Assembly: GCA_977862235.1 (NCBI GenBank)
Contig: OZ374557.1
Span: 868,001 to 932,000, forward strand
DNA length: 64,000 bases
Source: Dudresnaya verticillata
Taxonomy: Eukaryota
Reading direction: 5' to 3'
Below, piece after piece: positions 59,701-64,000 of this stretch (its first letter is position 1; the number at the start of each line of letters is the position of its first letter). The position numbers and the translations under genes are program-made. Below the pieces are notes generated by a model. The model was not told where the DNA came from. It did no database searches and saw nothing but the letters and a program-made list of their open reading frames with translations.

Positions 59701-62700
59701 CAATAGCATCCGAGTCATCGTTACGGAAATAATTTCCATGATGGAAGAGGACAGCAGCAGCAAGCACCTCCGCTACGGGACGAGTCGGATCCTCGGGTCC
59801 GACCCCTTTCCGGAACTGGTAATTGCCGCATCTGTATTTCTTCAGAGCATATCGTTTGCCGCTGGATACAGCACGCCGATCGGGTTAAGCTGATGGAAGA
59901 GCGCGAGCGCAACTTCCAGCGGCACTACCCTGTAGGCCGCAGGTTTGTCGGGGGAACCAGTTCGAATCCGCAAAGGAATCGGGGCAGGTCGCAAACGCCT
60001 CCTCCGCAACAGAATGCCCCGATATTATCGGTAGAGGACCATGACGGAGTGGAATACGCGGAATTGCGCGAGCCCATGGAGGCGGATCCGACTGGTGCAA
60101 TCTTGAATTCGGAAAATGCAAGGGGGGATGCGTAACGGCACTGCCATCCCCGCCTCATGTCGTTACACCTCCCGCGAGTGTGGACCCGCCTGGGGATCGT
60201 CGAGATACCGGTACGGAACTCCCATTGGCTTATCAGACCAATGATTCTATCTGCTTCATGCAACATCAAAATTATAAGATGCAAATGACCGTGGGACGGA
60301 CAGATAGCGTGATGCTTCCTTTAATCTCCGTATTGGACTCTGGCGCTGAGCCCAATCTCATTAACGCCAGGAGCATACCGCGTGAATGGCTGCCCCTCAT
60401 CCGCCCAGCCAACAGCCCTCCATTACGGGATGCTTCTAATCGCGCTATCCGCCCCTTGGCCAGATCCAATTTTTCGTCCGTATCGGAGAGATCCGTGTTC
60501 GCGTCCACTTCTTGGTAGTCGCGAACTTGGCAGCTCCCTGTATTCTTGGGACTACCTTCATTGATCGCTACGTGAAGGCAATCCTCCCACCGTTACGAAA
60601 AGTTGCGTTCTACCAATACCCGCCGGTATCCTTAGTGGGTTAAGCCAAAAATCCGAAGACGGGTGCCGCCGCAACCCTACATCCCTCATCTTTACCTACC
60701 GCTACTGTTTCTCAGAAACTTCGTTTAGCAAGATCTACCCTTATTCCCCCTATGACTCAAACCTCCGTAACGGTTAATACCCCACGGGTGGGTTATGCTT
60801 TTTACAAAATCATCCTAAGCAGGCTTTCAAACACCTTACGATGATGGATAATGGTATTATGGTTATTGTGCCTAGCAAACCGTTTCGGATCTGGGTCTCT
60901 GACTTTTCTAACAAACCGGTATGGTTGCCAAAATCTACTGTCGTGGGGCTCGTTACTGCTACCCCTTCTACTATTTTTACCGTTAACGGTATGTCTCCAT
61001 TTAAGGAGGGGGAGGAATTGTTCAATCCTTTACTTCTAGCCCTATCTCCGAAAAGGACAGCAGCATCTCCCCCCAAGACAATGATTTAAGCAAACCCATA
61101 ACGGAAACTAAAAATACTACCGCCTGGAAGGATCAAGTACAGATCGGTACAGACGATGCATCGCTCCGTAAACGGATTTTGACCCTCCTCGAGGAATTCA
61201 AGGCGATATGGAGTGGCGAACTTGGCAACAGGACAGCTGCCAGGCACCGTATCGAGTTGAACCCCGGGGCTAAGCCAGTCTATCAAGCCCCATACCGTGC
61301 CGTACATAAGCAACGAGAGCTCGAAAAGACAGAGATCGACCGCATGCTATCCGCTAGGGTAATTGAGCCAGCCTCATCGGAATGGACCGCCCCAGTGGTT
61401 TTGGTTCCTAAAAAGGACGGCACCATGCGGTTCTGTGTCGACTATCGAAGGCTCAATTCCGTGACGGTTAGAGATGCATATCCATTACCCAGGACGGATG
61501 AATGCATAGATTCCCTTAGGGATGCAACTGTATTCATCACCCCGGATTGCAATAGTGGGTATTGGCAGGTTGAAATTCCGGAAGAGGAAAGGGACAAAAA
61601 CAACCTTCACTAGCCACTTTGGCTTGTACCGTTTTCGGAGAATGCCATTCGGATTGAAGAATGCGCCGGCAACCTTCCAACGGGCAGTGGACATAATCCT
61701 TTCTACGGTTAAGTGGAAATTTGCCCTCGTCTATCTAGACGATGTAATTGTCTTATCTAGACGATGTAATTGTCTACTCTAATTCCGTTACGGGGCACTT
61801 CCACCATTTGAAGGAAGTCCTTATGCTTTTATAATCCGCTGGAGTGACGTTAAAGTTGTCACAGTGTGACTTATTCAACGCGTCTGTACAATACCTGGGG
61901 CATGTTACCCGTCCCGGAAACTTATAAGTGGATAATCGGAATATCCAATCCATTAAGCTCGCGAAGCCGCCGACTAGCCAAATGAAGTTAAGATCCTTCT
62001 TGGCAATATGCAACGTATATCGTCGCTTTGTACCCAACTTCGCTCGGATTTCAGAGCCGCTGAACAAAAAAACCGGCAAGGGCTCACCCTTTGAGTTTGG
62101 TATTTTATCCGATACGGAATATGAGCCCTTCGAAGACTTGAAGAGGCGCCTAATATCTCCACCGCTATTGGCTCTAGCCCGTCATGGATATAAATATACG
62201 TTGGACACGGACGCATGTGACCACCAAGTCGGCTCTGTCCTTTTTCAGGAACAACCGAATGGGCATCATCTCCCTGTTGGATACTGGAGCCGAAGCCTCA
62301 CCGATGCGGAGAAACATTATACTACAACCGAAAAGGAATGTCTAGCCGTAGTCTGGAGCATGTTGACGCTCCGACCATACCTTTACAGTGATACGTTTAT
62401 TCTCCGAACGGATCACGATGGCCTGCGATAGATTCTGAACCTTGCAGACGCGTCTGGCCGCCTGGCAAGGTGGAAACTCCGCCTATCGGAATTTGAATTT
62501 GATGTACAATACCGTCCACGGATTAAGCATCACCTCGCCGATGGGATGTCGCGACTTCGAACGGATGGTGGTGACGATAGACGTTAAGGCGGAGAGATCC
62601 CTTGCTCTGTCGCCGAAAATACCGTCGACGGATTATGTGAGTATGGAGTTTATTTAACCGATTGGACCACATCACAAGAAAAGACCACCGAAAATGACGT

Positions 62701-64000
62701 AATATGCGCCGTGGAGCCCGCCAGCGGAAGTGCATCCGCCTCCCCTGACAATCCCGACGCAATACCGTCACGGTTTACTGTAATCAAAGAATCCGACGTT
62801 AAGGATGAGACAATTACCACGGAGGAAATCCTCGAAGCGCAAGCCCGAGACCCTTTCTGTCGCCTCAAAGCCGATACGGTAGGCTCCCCGGGTCGCAATT
62901 TCACTATGCCCGTAACGGATTCTTGATAAGGAAGTCCTAATTCGATGATGATCTGCAGAAGGTGGTGCCAAGCGAACTCGTGAACGGGTATTGTATTTAT
63001 CCCAGTACACCCTGATGTCGGGACACCCAGGCGGAATTAGGATGTACTATACACTCCGACAGGATTATTACTGGCCTCATATGGCCAATTATGTCTTTGA
63101 ATCCGTTCGTACATGTCGCTCCTGCGTCAAGACGAAGGGAACCCGCTTTAGGAATCAAAAGTTTATGAAACGTTCCCCCGCTAGCGGACCCTTGGCGTTT
63201 GTCGCTATAGACATCCTCGGGCCACTTCCGAAGACAAAACGGGGTTATGTCTACGTTTTGGTAATAACCAATCGGTTCCCTAAGCTTACCCGCTGCATTC
63301 CGTCACGGAAAACAACAGCCGTTATGGTGGCTAATGCCTTTCTGGACTTTTGGGTGTACGCGAATGGTGCACCCTAATTTGTCCTAACCGATAACGGACC
63401 GCAGTTTACTGCTAAGTTCATTGATGCGGTGTGTTCCTTACTCGGAGTCAGACATTTACCCACCGCTGCCTACCATCCGATTACAAATGGGCAATCTGAG
63501 CGATTCAATAAGACAATCGCCCAGCGTTTGCGCCATTACGTTGAGGATCATCACTCCGATTGGGAGTTGTACCTGCAACCGTTGACTTATGGGCACAACA
63601 TGCAGATACACCGTATTACGGAAACGACACCATTTGATTTGGTGCTGACACGGCACTCCTCGAACATTTTTGTACGAGAGGCTCCTGTCGAGCATCAAGA
63701 AACCGTTACGGAAGGTCGTATGACCCCGGTATTACAGAAGCGGAGTACCATGCGCCATTTACGGTATGCGCTCCAGAAGGCGCGCACGAAGCAGGCAGCT
63801 GCTCAACAAAAGGCCAAGGTACTGTTTGACCGTAAGGTGCGGTTTAGGCCCATAATCCCTAGTGGAGATCAAGTGCATGTCGACCGGCCGCCCCATAACT
63901 TGCGCCCTGCAGAACGCCGTGAATGGGACCGCTTGGAAGGCAAACCGGATGACGTGGGCGAGGTGGCTCAGGAAATGAAGAAACTCTTTCCGAGAGCCAC
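59701..64000 (+). pseudogene. pol: Host Gypsy Gag end and degenerate Pol (protease, RT, RNase H, integrase)
   Basis: VLDSGAEPNLI, PKKDGTMRFCVDYRRLN, MPFGLKNAPATFQR, YLDD, LDTDACDHQVG, GHPG..CRSC, AIDILGP, TDNGPQF; many frameshifts. Confidence 0.93.

Larger units (their letters stand above)
33063..64000 (+). mobile_element. Ty3/Gypsy element (host) split by two nested elements; continues beyond the window
   Basis: LTR 33063-33747, PBS 33753, pieces 33748-35412, 45298-46660 and 59701-64000; gag frame rejoins in frame across both insertions. Confidence 0.85.

Overview
Eukaryotic, transposon-dense genomic DNA. It is most consistent with a red alga, inferred from the compact RWP-RK gene, chromodomain Ty3/Gypsy elements, GalEa-like Copia motifs and a GTACGT..CTAAC..CAG intron. 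Most of the window is nested, decaying LTR retrotransposons whose ends can be fixed from TG..CA termini, 5-bp target-site duplications, PBS and PPT. These are: a Copia element lacking RT (3718-9130) inside a minus-strand chromovirus; a mosaic of Gypsy/Copia fragments (10441-20873); three solo LTRs; and a Gypsy element (33063->64000) split by two complete LTR-to-LTR Gypsy insertions (35413-45292 and 46661-59695). DNA transposons are a PIF/Harbinger deletion derivative (1183-1928), an IS5/ISL2EU-like DDE pseudogene hit by two solo LTRs, and the standout element at 21081-25153. That element is a 4.07-kb piggyBac-like transposon with bipartite CCCT..AGGG TIRs and an ATAT (not TTAA) target duplication. 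Its single transposase frame carries a YqaJ/lambda-exonuclease-like PD-(D/E)XK domain between the 2nd and 3rd catalytic positions. Other observations: two families of conserved antisense accessory ORFs in the chromoviruses, a spliced zinc-finger gene upstream of Copia gag, a tRNA-derived SINE candidate, and an element-specific palindromic motif. The only clear host gene is an RWP-RK transcription factor (30245-31201). All protein-family calls are by motif recognition; no searches were run.
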